Part shown: piece after piece, positions 43,773 to 53,150 of the stretch
Position numbering within the stretch: the first letter of the stretch is position 1
How the letters are laid out: every line of letters begins with the position of its first letter
Source: a virus
Virus record (IMG/VR): IMGVR_UViG_3300048823_000098
Coordinates: 1 to 59,846 of that record
Direction: 5' to 3' (one strand)
Length of the DNA: 59,846 bases
Made by a program: the position numbers and the translations under genes
Notes under the pieces: model-generated
Databases searched by the model: none
Seen by the model: the letters and a program-made list of their open reading frames with translations, nothing else
What the model was told of the DNA's origin: nothing

Positions 43773-44307
43773 GATTCCAGCTCTCCGCACCGCTCATGAA
43801 GTTGCCCTTGCGGTCGTAGCCTGCACTCTGCTGCCACAACATCGCGTCGGACAGCGATTCATCGGGATCTATGCTGATGATCGCCTTCTGCCACACGAAA
43901 ACTAGGTCGCCGATGCCTGGAAACGCCGGCTTGCGCCAGGGTCCGGTCGACGCGTTCGCGCCGTAATCGAAAATCTTGTCGAAGTCGACGATCACGTAGT
44001 TGCGAAAACTGAATTCAACGACATCACCGGGCTGCGCCTGCATCGGTGAGATCTTGCCCGTCTCCTCGCCGTCCTCAAACCACAGCGTTTTGTCGGTGCC
44101 GGTGCCGAACCCGTCCATCTTCTGATGAAACGGCGTCTTGCGGCGCTGACGACGACCATAGCCCGTCGCTATGACGATGCCCTTCTGGATGTCGACGCCT
44201 ACCGTCGCGAGCACGGGGTGCTCGTAGGTGAGCGGACGAACCAGCACGCGATCACGCAGTACGCGCACGCGCTTCTGGACTTCGAGCAGTTCTTCAGGCA
44301 GCTCCAT
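43765..44307 (-). CDS. GroES-fold (Cpn10-like) protein with insertions (180 aa)
   Basis: LRDRVLVRPL...GIVIATGYG...PGDVVEF follows the GroES pattern. Confidence 0.5.
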   Translation of the reverse strand: MELPEELLEVQKRVRVLRDRVLVRPLTYEHPVLATVGVDIQKGIVIATGYGRRQRRKTPFHQKMDGFGTGTDKTLWFEDGEETGKISPMQAQPGDVVEFSFRNYVIVDFDKIFDYGANASTGPWRKPAFPGIGDLVFVWQKAIISIDPDESLSDAMLWQQSAGYDRKGNFMSGAESWNHG

Positions 44308-44593
44308 GACTCACCTCCACTGCGTCGACGTCGTCATCTCTCATAACTCGAATCATGGTCCCGCGGTACATCGACTCCATGCCGGTGGCCGCGCCGAAGA
44401 TCACTCGATCCCCCACCTTGGTCATCATCGGAGCCTGCTTGCCCGTCGTCAGCATACGGCCCGGGCCGACGCCGATGACGGTGCCGCGCAGGACGCGCTG
44501 CCAGTCGGGTAGCAGGATCTTGCTCTTCGCATCCACTCTGTCGGGCTCGACGACGATCAGATCGCCCATCAAGCGTTGTTTAAACTCAGTCAT
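44294..44593 (-). CDS. Co-chaperonin GroES-like protein (99 aa)
   Basis: LMGDLIVVEPD...ILLPD...RGTVIGVGPGRML..G...PMMTKVGDRVIF matches GroES PL.DRVIV...GIVL...G.V.AVG.G......G......VKVGD.V.F. Confidence 0.7.
   Translation of the reverse strand: MTEFKQRLMGDLIVVEPDRVDAKSKILLPDWQRVLRGTVIGVGPGRMLTTGKQAPMMTKVGDRVIFGAATGMESMYRGTMIRVMRDDDVDAVEVSHGAA
44578..44585. repeat. GTTTAAAC palindrome copy
   Basis: Perfect octamer at codons 3-6 of the GroES-like gene (GAG TTT AAA CAA). Confidence 0.9.
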
Positions 44594-44610
44594 CATCTCA
44601 CCTCTGACTG

Positions 44611-45018
44611 TTAAGGAAACGAAATACCCACTGGCGACGGAATAGCGCACAGCTCTATGATGTAAATGAACGGCGCGGTGAACGAGTTACCCGTCACCGA
44701 GTCAATTGCCTGGAACCAGCCAGCCAACTGGCACAGCTGCGAGCCAACGTACGGGTACGTCATCTGCATCTGCGCGCCAGGGAGCTGCAGCGTCATTGAC
44801 GGTGCCAGACCCGTCGTGACCGTCACAGGCGGAATCATGTTCGTGACGTCCGTGATATCGTCCACCTGATAGAACAGCGTGGTCGGCGTCACGGGCGTCT
44901 GCGTGTGATCGACGAAAGCCATGTCAAGGAAAACGTCCGCGCCCGCGTATGACTTGAACTGCGGATACGGCAGGGTCGGCGACCCTTGGATGGATCGGTT
45001 ACCTATGGTCGGGGACAC
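44611..45018 (-). CDS. Hypothetical protein (135 aa)
   Basis: ORF with a GTG start in the co-directional operon. Confidence 0.5.
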   Translation of the reverse strand: MSPTIGNRSIQGSPTLPYPQFKSYAGADVFLDMAFVDHTQTPVTPTTLFYQVDDITDVTNMIPPVTVTTGLAPSMTLQLPGAQMQMTYPYVGSQLCQLAGWFQAIDSVTGNSFTAPFIYIIELCAIPSPVGISFP

Positions 45019-45086
45019 GGACTACTGCCACTGCCGATTGACGCGACACGTGATGATAGCTTGCCCGGTGCGAGCCTGGAGGATGA

Positions 45087-45326
45087 TTACCACGGATTCT
45101 TACCTTTGTTCTCGCCGGTCGCGCCCTTGAAGTCCCTCGGACGCTTACCCGCGAGGATGTGGTCCGCGCGCCGATGAATCTTCTCGTGCTCGGACGTTTT
45201 CAGCGAACCCGCTATCCAACGCTCGGTCGAACGGCGCTTCTCGTAGCGCGCGTGATCCTTCGCGATATCGTGCTCGGATGGCTGCTTCGGAGGTGTCGGT
45301 ACAGTGTCACTGCCGCCATCCACCAT
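45087..45326 (-). CDS. Hypothetical basic protein (79 aa)
   Basis: Internal ATG chosen just after the upstream stop. Coding-like GC3. Confidence 0.45.
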   Translation of the reverse strand: MVDGGSDTVPTPPKQPSEHDIAKDHARYEKRRSTERWIAGSLKTSEHEKIHRRADHILAGKRPRDFKGATGENKGKNPW

Positions 45327-45339
45327 GATGTGCACCCGC

Positions 45340-45654
45340 TTAGCCACCGGTTCCGCCCTGACCCGGCGTGATCTCGAAGGACGATGCAACGCTCGAAATG
45401 AAGAACGAAGCCGCGGGCACTTCGATGTACGTCACCTGACCGACGATGGAAACGCCGATGGTGTTCGCTGACGGAGTCGCGCCTGGGGCGCCAGCCGCGG
45501 TGACCGCGTTCGTGCGGCCCCACGTGACGTATCCCGCGACCAAGCAACGCAGCCGGAACGTCGCAGTGCCAGAGGCATCTGGCGTCGGCTGGATCGCCGT
45601 AGTGCTGAGCAGATAGGTCGCGCCTATCGGCTTGAAGGTTGTATCAACGCTCAT
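45340..45654 (-). CDS. Hypothetical protein (104 aa)
   Basis: GAGGAAG SD before the ATG at 45654. Confidence 0.55.
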   Translation of the reverse strand: MSVDTTFKPIGATYLLSTTAIQPTPDASGTATFRLRCLVAGYVTWGRTNAVTAAGAPGATPSANTIGVSIVGQVTYIEVPAASFFISSVASSFEITPGQGGTGG

Positions 45655-45857
45655 CGGTAACTTCCTCGTTTTCCCTGCACCCACGACTGGACCTTTGCGT
45701 AGTCCTTGTCGAGGCCTGAATTCCGCGTATCGTCCTTGGGTGGGTTCACCTGAAACGACCGACCGCGCTGATTGCGTGCCGCGTAAGGCGCGGGCTCGCT
45801 TTTTCCCGGTAACGCTTTGCCGGGGCCCGATGGGCCCGTCAACGCTTTCTTAACCAT
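45651..45857 (-). CDS. Hypothetical basic protein (68 aa)
   Basis: 8-nt ATGGTTAA start/stop overlap with the upstream ORF. Moderate GC3. Confidence 0.4.
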   Translation of the reverse strand: MVKKALTGPSGPGKALPGKSEPAPYAARNQRGRSFQVNPPKDDTRNSGLDKDYAKVQSWVQGKRGSYR

Positions 45858-46053
45858 ACGATGATCTCTCGCCCTTCGTCCATTTCGAGACCTTGTCTCG
45901 ATCCAAACGCTGGGGGTGTCTGTGTCCTGATTCCGCGCGTCGCTGCACGGCGTACCCGATGGCAACGGCTTGCTTCACCGGTTTTCCAGCCTCGATCTCG
46001 CGACGCGTGTTGCGCTCGCGAGCCTTGCTGCTGGTTGAGTTTTCTAGTGGCAT
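45850..46053 (-). CDS. Hypothetical basic protein (67 aa)
   Basis: ORF in the operon. Motif KPVKQAVAIGYAVQRR. Confidence 0.45.
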   Translation of the reverse strand: MPLENSTSSKARERNTRREIEAGKPVKQAVAIGYAVQRRAESGHRHPQRLDRDKVSKWTKGERSSYG

Positions 46054-46105
46054 GCGAGGAGCGCGTTATACGCAATCCGAAGACTGCGTATAACGCTGCA
46101 GTTGC

Positions 46106-46318
46106 TTACCGCTCGGTCAGGGCCGGGTCGCCGCCGCCACGATTGGCGAGCGCGCCCTTGTACAGCTTCGACGCGACCGGGGCCAAATTCCCTTCGCCGC
46201 CGCCGTCCTTGTCTTCGCCGCGATCAAGGACCGTCTTTTCGACGACGCCCTTGCGCTTCTCGCCGTACGATTCCTTGAAACTGTGGGTCATGCTGCCTTT
46301 GCCGTATGATTCGCTCAT
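46106..46318 (-). CDS. Hypothetical Gly/Lys-rich protein (70 aa)
   Basis: High GC3 ORF. Confidence 0.55.
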   Translation of the reverse strand: MSESYGKGSMTHSFKESYGEKRKGVVEKTVLDRGEDKDGGGEGNLAPVASKLYKGALANRGGGDPALTER

Positions 46319-46346
46319 GTGATCATTCCTCTGTTGAAAGCCGGCC

Positions 46347-46832
46347 TTAGACCGTGCCTGAGAACAGGTTCTGCAGCACCACCGTGGTCGGCGACGTGAC
46401 GGAAACCTGATAGACGCGGCTGGTCGTGATGGCGACCGTTGCCGTGCCGTTGATGGTGACGCCCGCGCCGCCGGCCAACGTGATCGCGCCCGAGGCGGAG
46501 TTGTTATTCACAACGACCAGCAGGAACGTCAGGTTGAACAGGTTCGGGACACCCGGGGGTGGCTGCACGCCGGCACCGAAGCCAGCGAGCGAAGCCGCGT
46601 ATGCCGTAGCAACGGCGCTCTGCAGGCGCGAGATGATGTTCACGGCCGTATCGGTCGTGACAGTGTCCGCACCAGCGTCGCCGCTGATCGCCAGCGTATT
46701 CACCTGCGCGCCGGCCAGGACCGATGCGGAAGCAGTGAAGTTGACGCCGCTAGCGTTGGCGTTGTACTGCGAAGCGGGTAGGACCGCAATCGCGTTATAG
46801 AAATCGTCTGAGAAGACGCCTCGAAAAGCCAT
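46347..46832 (-). CDS. Hypothetical structural protein (161 aa)
   Basis: ORF preceded by a terminator and by GTTTAAAC abutting its ATG. Confidence 0.65.
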   Translation of the reverse strand: MAFRGVFSDDFYNAIAVLPASQYNANASGVNFTASASVLAGAQVNTLAISGDAGADTVTTDTAVNIISRLQSAVATAYAASLAGFGAGVQPPPGVPNLFNLTFLLVVVNNNSASGAITLAGGAGVTINGTATVAITTSRVYQVSVTSPTTVVLQNLFSGTV

Positions 46833-46840
46833 GTTTAAAC
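46833..46840. repeat. GTTTAAAC palindrome copy
   Basis: Perfect octamer directly abutting the ATG at 46832 (minus strand). Confidence 0.9.
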
Positions 46841-46857
46841 CTCGCGCTCGCGCGCAT

Positions 46858-46887
46858 CAACAAAACGCCGGCTCAACCAAGAGTCGG
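46858..46887 (-). terminator. Rho-independent terminator after the 510-aa tail gene
   Basis: On the minus strand, CCGACTC-ttggtt-GAGCCGG (one mismatch) followed by CGTTTTGTTG. It begins 2 nt after the stop. Confidence 0.55.
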
Positions 46888-46888
46888 A

Positions 46889-48421
46889 TTATCCCACTTG
46901 TGGGGTAGAAGGTACCGAGCACACGCTCGCAGTGAGCGGACGAAAAGCCGTCGATGCTTCGGCCAAAACTGATAAACCTGTCTGCGTGTCCAGCGCATTC
47001 GCCTGGGCGGTGCCATACGAGAGTGACTTCAGCCACGGAGTCGATGCGTTGACCGGCACCGCGGATCCGCCGCTCGCGCCCCATATGTTGCCGCCGAATC
47101 CTACCTGCTTTGTGGCCGGCGGCAGGCAGGGGAGTAACGTGCTAACCGATAATCCGGTTAGCCCGCTCAGCGTCTGACCTACTATTGATCCGGTCGAATC
47201 CGTCGCGCTGAACGTGACGAAGAACACCACCGGTCCCCCGCCAGGATTAGGAGGCACCGCGGTCGGAGTACCCGTGATCAACCCCGCGACGCTCAGAGAC
47301 AGACCCGGGGGCAACGCGCCCGAAGCGACTGCAAATGTGAGTGTATCGCCTTCCGTAGACACGCAAACCGAGTTGAGATTGAACGGAACCATCGGCTGAC
47401 CCACATTCAGGCCGGGGATAACGACTGCGCTCCAGATCGGCGGAATCTCGTTGACCCACACCGTACCGGGTCCGTCAAACACCTGCGTGCCCGCGCGATA
47501 CAGCTCTGCCTGAAACGACTGGCGCGAGTTGTCTCCGCCAGAGAATACAACCACCGTGCTGTCGAACTGGGGCTGCGGAATGTAGCCGCCCGGGCTCGTC
47601 AGCGTCGTAAACCACGTGTCACCAATCGCGGAGATCGGTGTTGCAATCTGCTGAAGCGCGAATCCCGAGCCCGCATAGATCGCCGTCTGCACCGCGGCGG
47701 CCACGTAGCCACCGGGCATCGCTACGAAGTTACCGACGCCAGCGACGGCGTCTGCTCCTTCCGTGATCGCGGCGGTGCCCGTGTATGTCACGGATACGCC
47801 CTTGACTACTAGCCCCGAGTACGCCCAGTGGGACCCGAGCGTACCGCCGAAGGTCAGACTGAACGAGCCGGATCCGCTTCCCAAGCAGTCCGAGCAGAAC
47901 GCGCTGCCGTAGGAGTTGATGTTCTGCTGCGATTCGATAGTGGTCTGCGCATCGGTGCCTGCAGTGGCTCCAATCGCGCCTACTGCGGCGTACAGATCCA
48001 CCCCGGACACTGCCCCACTCAAACCCAGCGTAGCCGGTCCCTGGTTGGTGCCGTCGTTGGTCGTCACACCCGCATACGGCGTCGACGTGCTGGTGTTGTT
48101 GAAGGACACCGCAAATACCGCCGCGTAGCCGGGGAAGTCGCTGATGGTCACCGTTGCCGTGTGCGAAGCACCCGTCGGCGGCGAGATCATGTACCAGATC
48201 GATGTTTCGCAGTTGTTTGTTTCTACGACAGATGATCCTGGGACCATCGTCATCGCCACGCCGTTGTACGTCACCCCGGTAGGCGTGCCGCATCCGTTGC
48301 CGCCGTTGTACTCAAACACCAGCAGCAGCGTGGCGCCGGCCGTGATCGTAAGGTTCGTCGAATAGGTCTTCGAACCACTCTCACTAGCACTGCTGTGCTG
48401 ATCGACGGTAACGGCCGTCAT
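46889..48421 (-). CDS. Tail-associated protein with an Ig-like repeat (510 aa)
   Basis: LPPGLSLSVAGLITGTPT (putative Ig/He_PIG-type motif). Adjacent to the tailspike. Confidence 0.65.
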   Translation of the reverse strand: MTAVTVDQHSSASESGSKTYSTNLTITAGATLLLVFEYNGGNGCGTPTGVTYNGVAMTMVPGSSVVETNNCETSIWYMISPPTGASHTATVTISDFPGYAAVFAVSFNNTSTSTPYAGVTTNDGTNQGPATLGLSGAVSGVDLYAAVGAIGATAGTDAQTTIESQQNINSYGSAFCSDCLGSGSGSFSLTFGGTLGSHWAYSGLVVKGVSVTYTGTAAITEGADAVAGVGNFVAMPGGYVAAAVQTAIYAGSGFALQQIATPISAIGDTWFTTLTSPGGYIPQPQFDSTVVVFSGGDNSRQSFQAELYRAGTQVFDGPGTVWVNEIPPIWSAVVIPGLNVGQPMVPFNLNSVCVSTEGDTLTFAVASGALPPGLSLSVAGLITGTPTAVPPNPGGGPVVFFVTFSATDSTGSIVGQTLSGLTGLSVSTLLPCLPPATKQVGFGGNIWGASGGSAVPVNASTPWLKSLSYGTAQANALDTQTGLSVLAEASTAFRPLTASVCSVPSTPQVG

Positions 48422-48431
48422 CTAACGCCTC

Positions 48432-51110
48432 TTACGGCGGCAGCGCTGTAAAGACGTCGTTGTTGTTCGGCGTGAACGGAGACACCGACAGCAGCGTGGC
48501 GGGAGTCAGCGCATTGCTCGACCAGCTGGCCCAGCCTGAACTGCTGACCGACCATACGTTGCGCCCCATCCCAATCGAGTTCATTCCGGCGATGGCGGTC
48601 AATCCGTTGAACGTCAGGCTCGTCGACTTGTTGTACTCAGTCATCCACGGCACGATACCGAGTGATTGGATAGCGAGGTACGGGTTCATGCCGCCGTAAG
48701 TCGGCGCATAGTGCATCGACCCGGCGAGCTGCGGGATCCATGTTCCGACGTAGCCCGCGGGTGCAATATCATCCTGCGGATTCACGCCGACATACGTTGT
48801 GCCCCCGTAGGTCACCGACACCGATTGCGTGACGTTATTGCACCAGCCTGGGCACGAGAAAATGAATACGTTCGGTGCGCCGGTCGAGCGGAAAAAGTCC
48901 AGCAACTGCTGGTGTCCCATGATGTTGACCGAGGTCACTTTCTCGACAGGCGAACCCTGGCCGCCGACTTGGTCGTACCAAGCCGCGGTGCCGACATCCG
49001 CCATCAGCTGCGAACCTTGATTGCCGGGAGACGAGCTGAGATTGTAGGTGCCGGTGCCGCCAGTGCCGGTGCCGAAGCTGGTGATATGCAGTCCCGCGGG
49101 CGCGCCGGAATAGACCACCGAGTTGCCATTGACGACCGCGCTCGAACTATGAAGCATCTGCGACACGGTAAGTACGGAGCCGGTGATCGACCCCATGAAC
49201 GTGCCGCCGTTGCCGTTCCGAAGCAAATTCAGAACCGTCGAACTGCGAATCGCGCCGCCAGAGGAGCCGTTATCCATCGGTTCGTTGAAGCCTTCAAACA
49301 CGATGCCGGGGCGCGAGACGCAGAAATTGCCGATCAAGAGACAATAGGCCATCATCTGATCAGGCGACAGGTACCCGGGCTGACCGTCACCGATACCGCT
49401 GTTGTATGCGTTCGGTGCTTCCCAGTGAGTGTCCAGCATGGGGACAATCTTCGCAGCCAGCAATGCGTTGATCGTGGTCTGAAGATTCGTCCAGCAGTTG
49501 TTCGTGTTTGCAACGAGTGCGCCCGGTTCAAGCGTAACGCGCATGCAGTTGAAGAACCATTTGTTGCAGATAGCGGTCCAGTCGGACGCCTTAAACTGCG
49601 CGAGGTCCGAGCAATAGGTGGTGAAGTCGCCCTGGCCGAAGCTGACCGCGCCGCCCTGCGGAATGAACTGCGTGCCGTCGTAATACTGCATCGTGCCGCC
49701 GGATACCACCTTCACGCCGAACACCGGGTTCGTGCCAGGGATCGTTATCGCGATATTGACGAAACCCGATAGGTTGCCGGCGTTGTCCTGACTGCGCCAC
49801 GTCCCGGTATAACTCTGCGGGTTCGTGGTCTGCGTGACCGCGGTGTCTGTGAAACTGATACCGGCGTCCTGGCTCAAGCAACTCTCGGCAAACACTGCGG
49901 TCGTGGTGCTGACCGCGTCGTGCGCGCTCAGGCACAGGCCGGTGTACACCGTCGCGGGCATCGACACGCCGGCAATCGAACCGACCGTTGTCCAGCTCTG
50001 CCCGTCGGGCGAAACGTCAAACTCGAAGGTCCACGACCCCGCGTAGGTGCCGATCAATCGTCCGTACTGCGCCGTGAAGGGGGCGGAGGACTGAGATGCA
50101 ACGACCGTGCCGGTGCCGCCACTCGTGGGGCGCGCCAGAATCTGTCCGCCAGCGGCCACCGTGCAGACGCCGAACACGCGCGCGTCAGTCGGGCTCATGG
50201 ACGGTGAAACAAACGCGCCGCCTTTCGCGTACGTCTGATTGGCGGAGTTCGTCAGCGTCGTGAGTTTGAATCGGCGAACGAACGATCCAGTCAATGCCTG
50301 CGTGTTCTGCGCGCAGTAGCCTTGATCTGAAGTGCCGTACCCGATGTCCGTGCCGCCGCCTGTAAGGGTCACCACCGCGCCGGTCTGCGAGAAGGTGCCA
50401 CCGACCGCGGGAGATCCCAACGCGACGCCCGAGAGCTGGTCGCGGTACTGACCGGTGCCCGCGGGTATGGTGACCTGCCCGTTGGATCCTACGTTGCTCG
50501 CGATCTGATAGCACTTCATGCCGGTGAAGTCGCCAGAGTTCGCAGGCGGAGGCGACGGATCGCTCTGCGCATCGCAGGTGATGACCGGCTGGAACGAACT
50601 GTTGAGCGTGACCTTCACGGTGGTCGGTATCGTGGGCGCGAACGTATCGCTTGCACCGCCGACCGCAGAGATCGAGAACGTGTTGGTTGTCAGCTGCGCG
50701 CCTGTCGCGGTAAGCGTGTAGGTCACGCTCAAACCGGTAACCAGAGAGACCGTCGCGGTGCCGTTGTAGCTCAGCGTCGCGCTGTTCCACGAGAACCCGG
50801 CCGGCAGTGTGGAACCGTTGGTGCCGGCACCGTTTAGGATCGCGGTAACACCGGTGGTCGGCGTAACGTATCCGCCGGGACCAATGAACGGCTGCGAGAG
50901 CGCCGATGTCAACCCCGTGAAGTTCGGAACTGTGGACGTAGTGAACGGGCTGACTGGCGCATTACCTTGCGGAAACGCGGTGTATTCGTTTGTGTCAGCC
51001 GACAGCTGCAGAATCCAGTCTACGGTACCTAAAGACACGTCTGTCTCCAGCTCGCCCGCGAAGGGCGCCGCAGGGGCAGTCGGCTTGAAGGTGAGCCCGT
51101 AGACATTCAT
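48432..51110 (-). CDS. Tailspike/fibre with a GH5-like glycoside hydrolase (depolymerase) domain (892 aa)
   Basis: ...MRVTLEPG...LDTHWEAP...VFEGFNEPMD (the NEP acid/base motif typical of GH5) follows a long beta-rich N-terminal part. Confidence 0.7.
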   Translation of the reverse strand: MNVYGLTFKPTAPAAPFAGELETDVSLGTVDWILQLSADTNEYTAFPQGNAPVSPFTTSTVPNFTGLTSALSQPFIGPGGYVTPTTGVTAILNGAGTNGSTLPAGFSWNSATLSYNGTATVSLVTGLSVTYTLTATGAQLTTNTFSISAVGGASDTFAPTIPTTVKVTLNSSFQPVITCDAQSDPSPPPANSGDFTGMKCYQIASNVGSNGQVTIPAGTGQYRDQLSGVALGSPAVGGTFSQTGAVVTLTGGGTDIGYGTSDQGYCAQNTQALTGSFVRRFKLTTLTNSANQTYAKGGAFVSPSMSPTDARVFGVCTVAAGGQILARPTSGGTGTVVASQSSAPFTAQYGRLIGTYAGSWTFEFDVSPDGQSWTTVGSIAGVSMPATVYTGLCLSAHDAVSTTTAVFAESCLSQDAGISFTDTAVTQTTNPQSYTGTWRSQDNAGNLSGFVNIAITIPGTNPVFGVKVVSGGTMQYYDGTQFIPQGGAVSFGQGDFTTYCSDLAQFKASDWTAICNKWFFNCMRVTLEPGALVANTNNCWTNLQTTINALLAAKIVPMLDTHWEAPNAYNSGIGDGQPGYLSPDQMMAYCLLIGNFCVSRPGIVFEGFNEPMDNGSSGGAIRSSTVLNLLRNGNGGTFMGSITGSVLTVSQMLHSSSAVVNGNSVVYSGAPAGLHITSFGTGTGGTGTYNLSSSPGNQGSQLMADVGTAAWYDQVGGQGSPVEKVTSVNIMGHQQLLDFFRSTGAPNVFIFSCPGWCNNVTQSVSVTYGGTTYVGVNPQDDIAPAGYVGTWIPQLAGSMHYAPTYGGMNPYLAIQSLGIVPWMTEYNKSTSLTFNGLTAIAGMNSIGMGRNVWSVSSSGWASWSSNALTPATLLSVSPFTPNNNDVFTALPP

Positions 51111-51512
51111 TTAAGCTCCTGTCGCTGTGATAGTGAAACTGGTGACAGCAATGGTTCCACCCGAGGTGAACACATCGCCGCCAGCGAAGTTGAGATCCGC
51201 ACCCGAGGTGCCGACGTTGCCCTGGGCAACGACTGTCGTGCCGGCGCTGCTCGTGCAGAGTCGCCAGTATCCAGCGGTGCCGGCGGCTGCGGTTGCGCTC
51301 GTGATCGCGTTCGCCGTCAGCACGCCTCCGCTTGGGGCGGCAGCGAATGGATTCGAGCACGGCAGCGTACCGAGCAATGTGCCCGACGCTGCCGTGCCGC
51401 AGTTGGCAGGGGCGGATCCAGTATAGATCAACAGGAACGGCGTCGTACCGAGGTCGGACGTCAAGTCCGCCATGTTGTTGTTACGATGCGTTGTTGAATA
51501 CTGGACCGCCAC
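51111..51512 (-). CDS. Hypothetical tail-associated protein (133 aa, GTG start)
   Basis: ORF abutting the tailspike start. ATTTAAAC precedes its GTG. Confidence 0.6.
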   Translation of the reverse strand: MAVQYSTTHRNNNMADLTSDLGTTPFLLIYTGSAPANCGTAASGTLLGTLPCSNPFAAAPSGGVLTANAITSATAAAGTAGYWRLCTSSAGTTVVAQGNVGTSGADLNFAGGDVFTSGGTIAVTSFTITATGA

Positions 51513-51514
51513 GT

Positions 51515-51856
51515 TTAAATCACCGCGCTCGGCTTCTTGGGCTGATCAGGATGCCCAGGCTCGGAGCGAACCGGCGGTGCCGGGTCCTCGGTCTTGGGTT
51601 CCGATGTCTTCGGTGTCACTGAGGCCGGGGGAGCCGCCACACCGCATATAACCGCAGGGATGTATCCATCCGCGAGTTGTTTGGCCGCATCCGGCAGATC
51701 TTTCAGGATCTCAGGCAGTCGGTTGTTCATCTCGCCGCACACGCGCGCTTCCTTGACCACGCCGCCGAGTTCCATCGACTGCACTTCCATCGTGGTATCT
51801 TTTGCGCCAGGAGCGCTCAGCAGATGCAACCAAGCAACGATGACGAAAATGTTCAT
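51515..51856 (-). CDS. Secreted Pro-rich protein (113 aa)
   Basis: Signal-like MNIFVIVAWLHLLSAPGA. ATGA overlap with the upstream gene. Confidence 0.55.
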   Translation of the reverse strand: MNIFVIVAWLHLLSAPGAKDTTMEVQSMELGGVVKEARVCGEMNNRLPEILKDLPDAAKQLADGYIPAVICGVAAPPASVTPKTSEPKTEDPAPPVRSEPGHPDQPKKPSAVI

Positions 51857-52143
51857 GGCAGGAACCTCAGTTTGAAAACAGCGAGTGCGATCCCGAGAGC
51901 GTATCCAGCGAAATCAGTCGCGTTGTCGGTGAAGGTCTGCTTTGGCACCTCGTAGTGCGCGTCGAAGTAGAATTCCTTGACGGCAGCCGCAGCGAGGGCA
52001 GGCAGCGCGAGCACCGGGCGATGGGCCGTAACAATGACCGCAAAAGCGAACCAACAATGCGCGTTCGCGGCGATGAAGGTCGGATTGACGCCGATCTTTG
52101 CTACCCACGACGCGAGGCTCACGGTGTCGATCCGTGCAGGCAT
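51853..52143 (-). CDS. Membrane protein with about 3 TM segments (alternative GTG start at 52122)
   Basis: Hydrophobic segments FIAANAHCWFAFAVIV, LALPALAAAAV and GYALGIALAVF. Confidence 0.5.
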   Translation of the reverse strand: MPARIDTVSLASWVAKIGVNPTFIAANAHCWFAFAVIVTAHRPVLALPALAAAAVKEFYFDAHYEVPKQTFTDNATDFAGYALGIALAVFKLRFLP

Positions 52144-52343
52144 CCCAGGAAGATTGCCTGCCCATCGATCTCCGTCCACGAGACGACCCCGTGGTGCTGT
52201 ATGCACATCGCGGGCGAGTCATCGGTGTGCGCGATCTGCTGCGACATCGCAAGAGGGTCCGTGCCGTGCTGGCGATGTACGAGGCTGCCGGCTGACACCC
52301 CGGCGAGTGAGCCGGCCACAATCCACGGTACTAAAGTCTTCAT
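52119..52343 (-). CDS. Small protein with N-terminal TM/signal (74 aa)
   Basis: MKTLVPWIVAGSLAGVSAGSLV. GAGGTGAG SD. GTTTAAAC lies 20 nt upstream. Confidence 0.5.
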   Translation of the reverse strand: MKTLVPWIVAGSLAGVSAGSLVHRQHGTDPLAMSQQIAHTDDSPAMCIQHHGVVSWTEIDGQAIFLGCLHGSTP

Positions 52344-52362
52344 GGTCTCACCTCACGAAGTT

Positions 52363-52370
52363 GTTTAAAC
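52363..52370. repeat. GTTTAAAC palindrome copy
   Basis: Perfect octamer, intergenic. Confidence 0.9.
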
Positions 52371-52377
52371 GAATTGA

Positions 52378-52713
52378 CTACAGCACCGCGCTGGTTAGAG
52401 CGGGCGTGTTCATGCGCTGCAGGCCTGTGCCCACAGCTCCGAGCTGAGTGATCTGGTTCGCGGTGCCGAGCGGCAGGTTGGTTGAGATCGCCTGCGCATT
52501 CGGGGCCGGGGCCACGCTGGCAAACTGCGGCGGCACGGACACGCTGCGCGTATCCTGCAGCGGCGCAATCGGAGGCGGATTCGAATCGAGCGGGCTGTCG
52601 ACGCCCGTGTTGAATCCGCGCGAGAGCAGCACGAGAACCGGCGGGTTCTGCGGATCGTTCGCACAGAAGTCTTGTCCCGGGAGCGGATTGATTGGGTAGG
52701 CTGCGAATGTCAT
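52378..52713 (-). CDS. PGF-C-ND family paralog D (111 aa)
   Basis: MTFAAYPINPLPGQDFCANDPQNPPVLVLLS. AGGAA SD. Confidence 0.6.
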   Translation of the reverse strand: MTFAAYPINPLPGQDFCANDPQNPPVLVLLSRGFNTGVDSPLDSNPPPIAPLQDTRSVSVPPQFASVAPAPNAQAISTNLPLGTANQITQLGAVGTGLQRMNTPALTSAVL

Positions 52714-52721
52714 GGTGATTC

Positions 52722-53141
52722 CTAGTTCGCCGCGAGCGCAGTTTCGAGTCCGCCGCCAGTGATCTGGCCGCGCGACATGGCGCCCTGGCTTGTGAAGAGC
52801 CCGGTGCTCTGCGCGCCCTGTCCGCCGCCCTGGCATGTCGAGGCCGCGTTGTCGCCATCGACTGTACCGTTGCTGAGCCCAGCCTGCGCTGTGGTCGGCA
52901 GGATGTTCGGGTTCGGGCCGCCGAGTCGCAGGTCAGTCTGCACGGGCGCACCCGGGGTGACGATGACATCGGGGCCCGGAAGGTTTCCGCCGGCACCGTT
53001 GCTCTGCGACACGAGCTGGTTGACCGCGCCCGAGCCGCCGGCCTGCGCCGTGTTGTTGTCGCACGGAACGAATCCCGGGATCACCATCGGATTGCTCGGA
53101 GAGCTGAGATTGATCTGGTTGTAGATGTTGCTGAGTGCCAT
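52722..53141 (-). CDS. PGF-C-ND family paralog C (139 aa)
   Basis: ...NPMVIPGFVPCDNNTAQAGG. AAGGAA SD. Confidence 0.6.
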   Translation of the reverse strand: MALSNIYNQINLSSPSNPMVIPGFVPCDNNTAQAGGSGAVNQLVSQSNGAGGNLPGPDVIVTPGAPVQTDLRLGGPNPNILPTTAQAGLSNGTVDGDNAASTCQGGGQGAQSTGLFTSQGAMSRGQITGGGLETALAAN

Positions 53142-53150
53142 GTGAATTCC

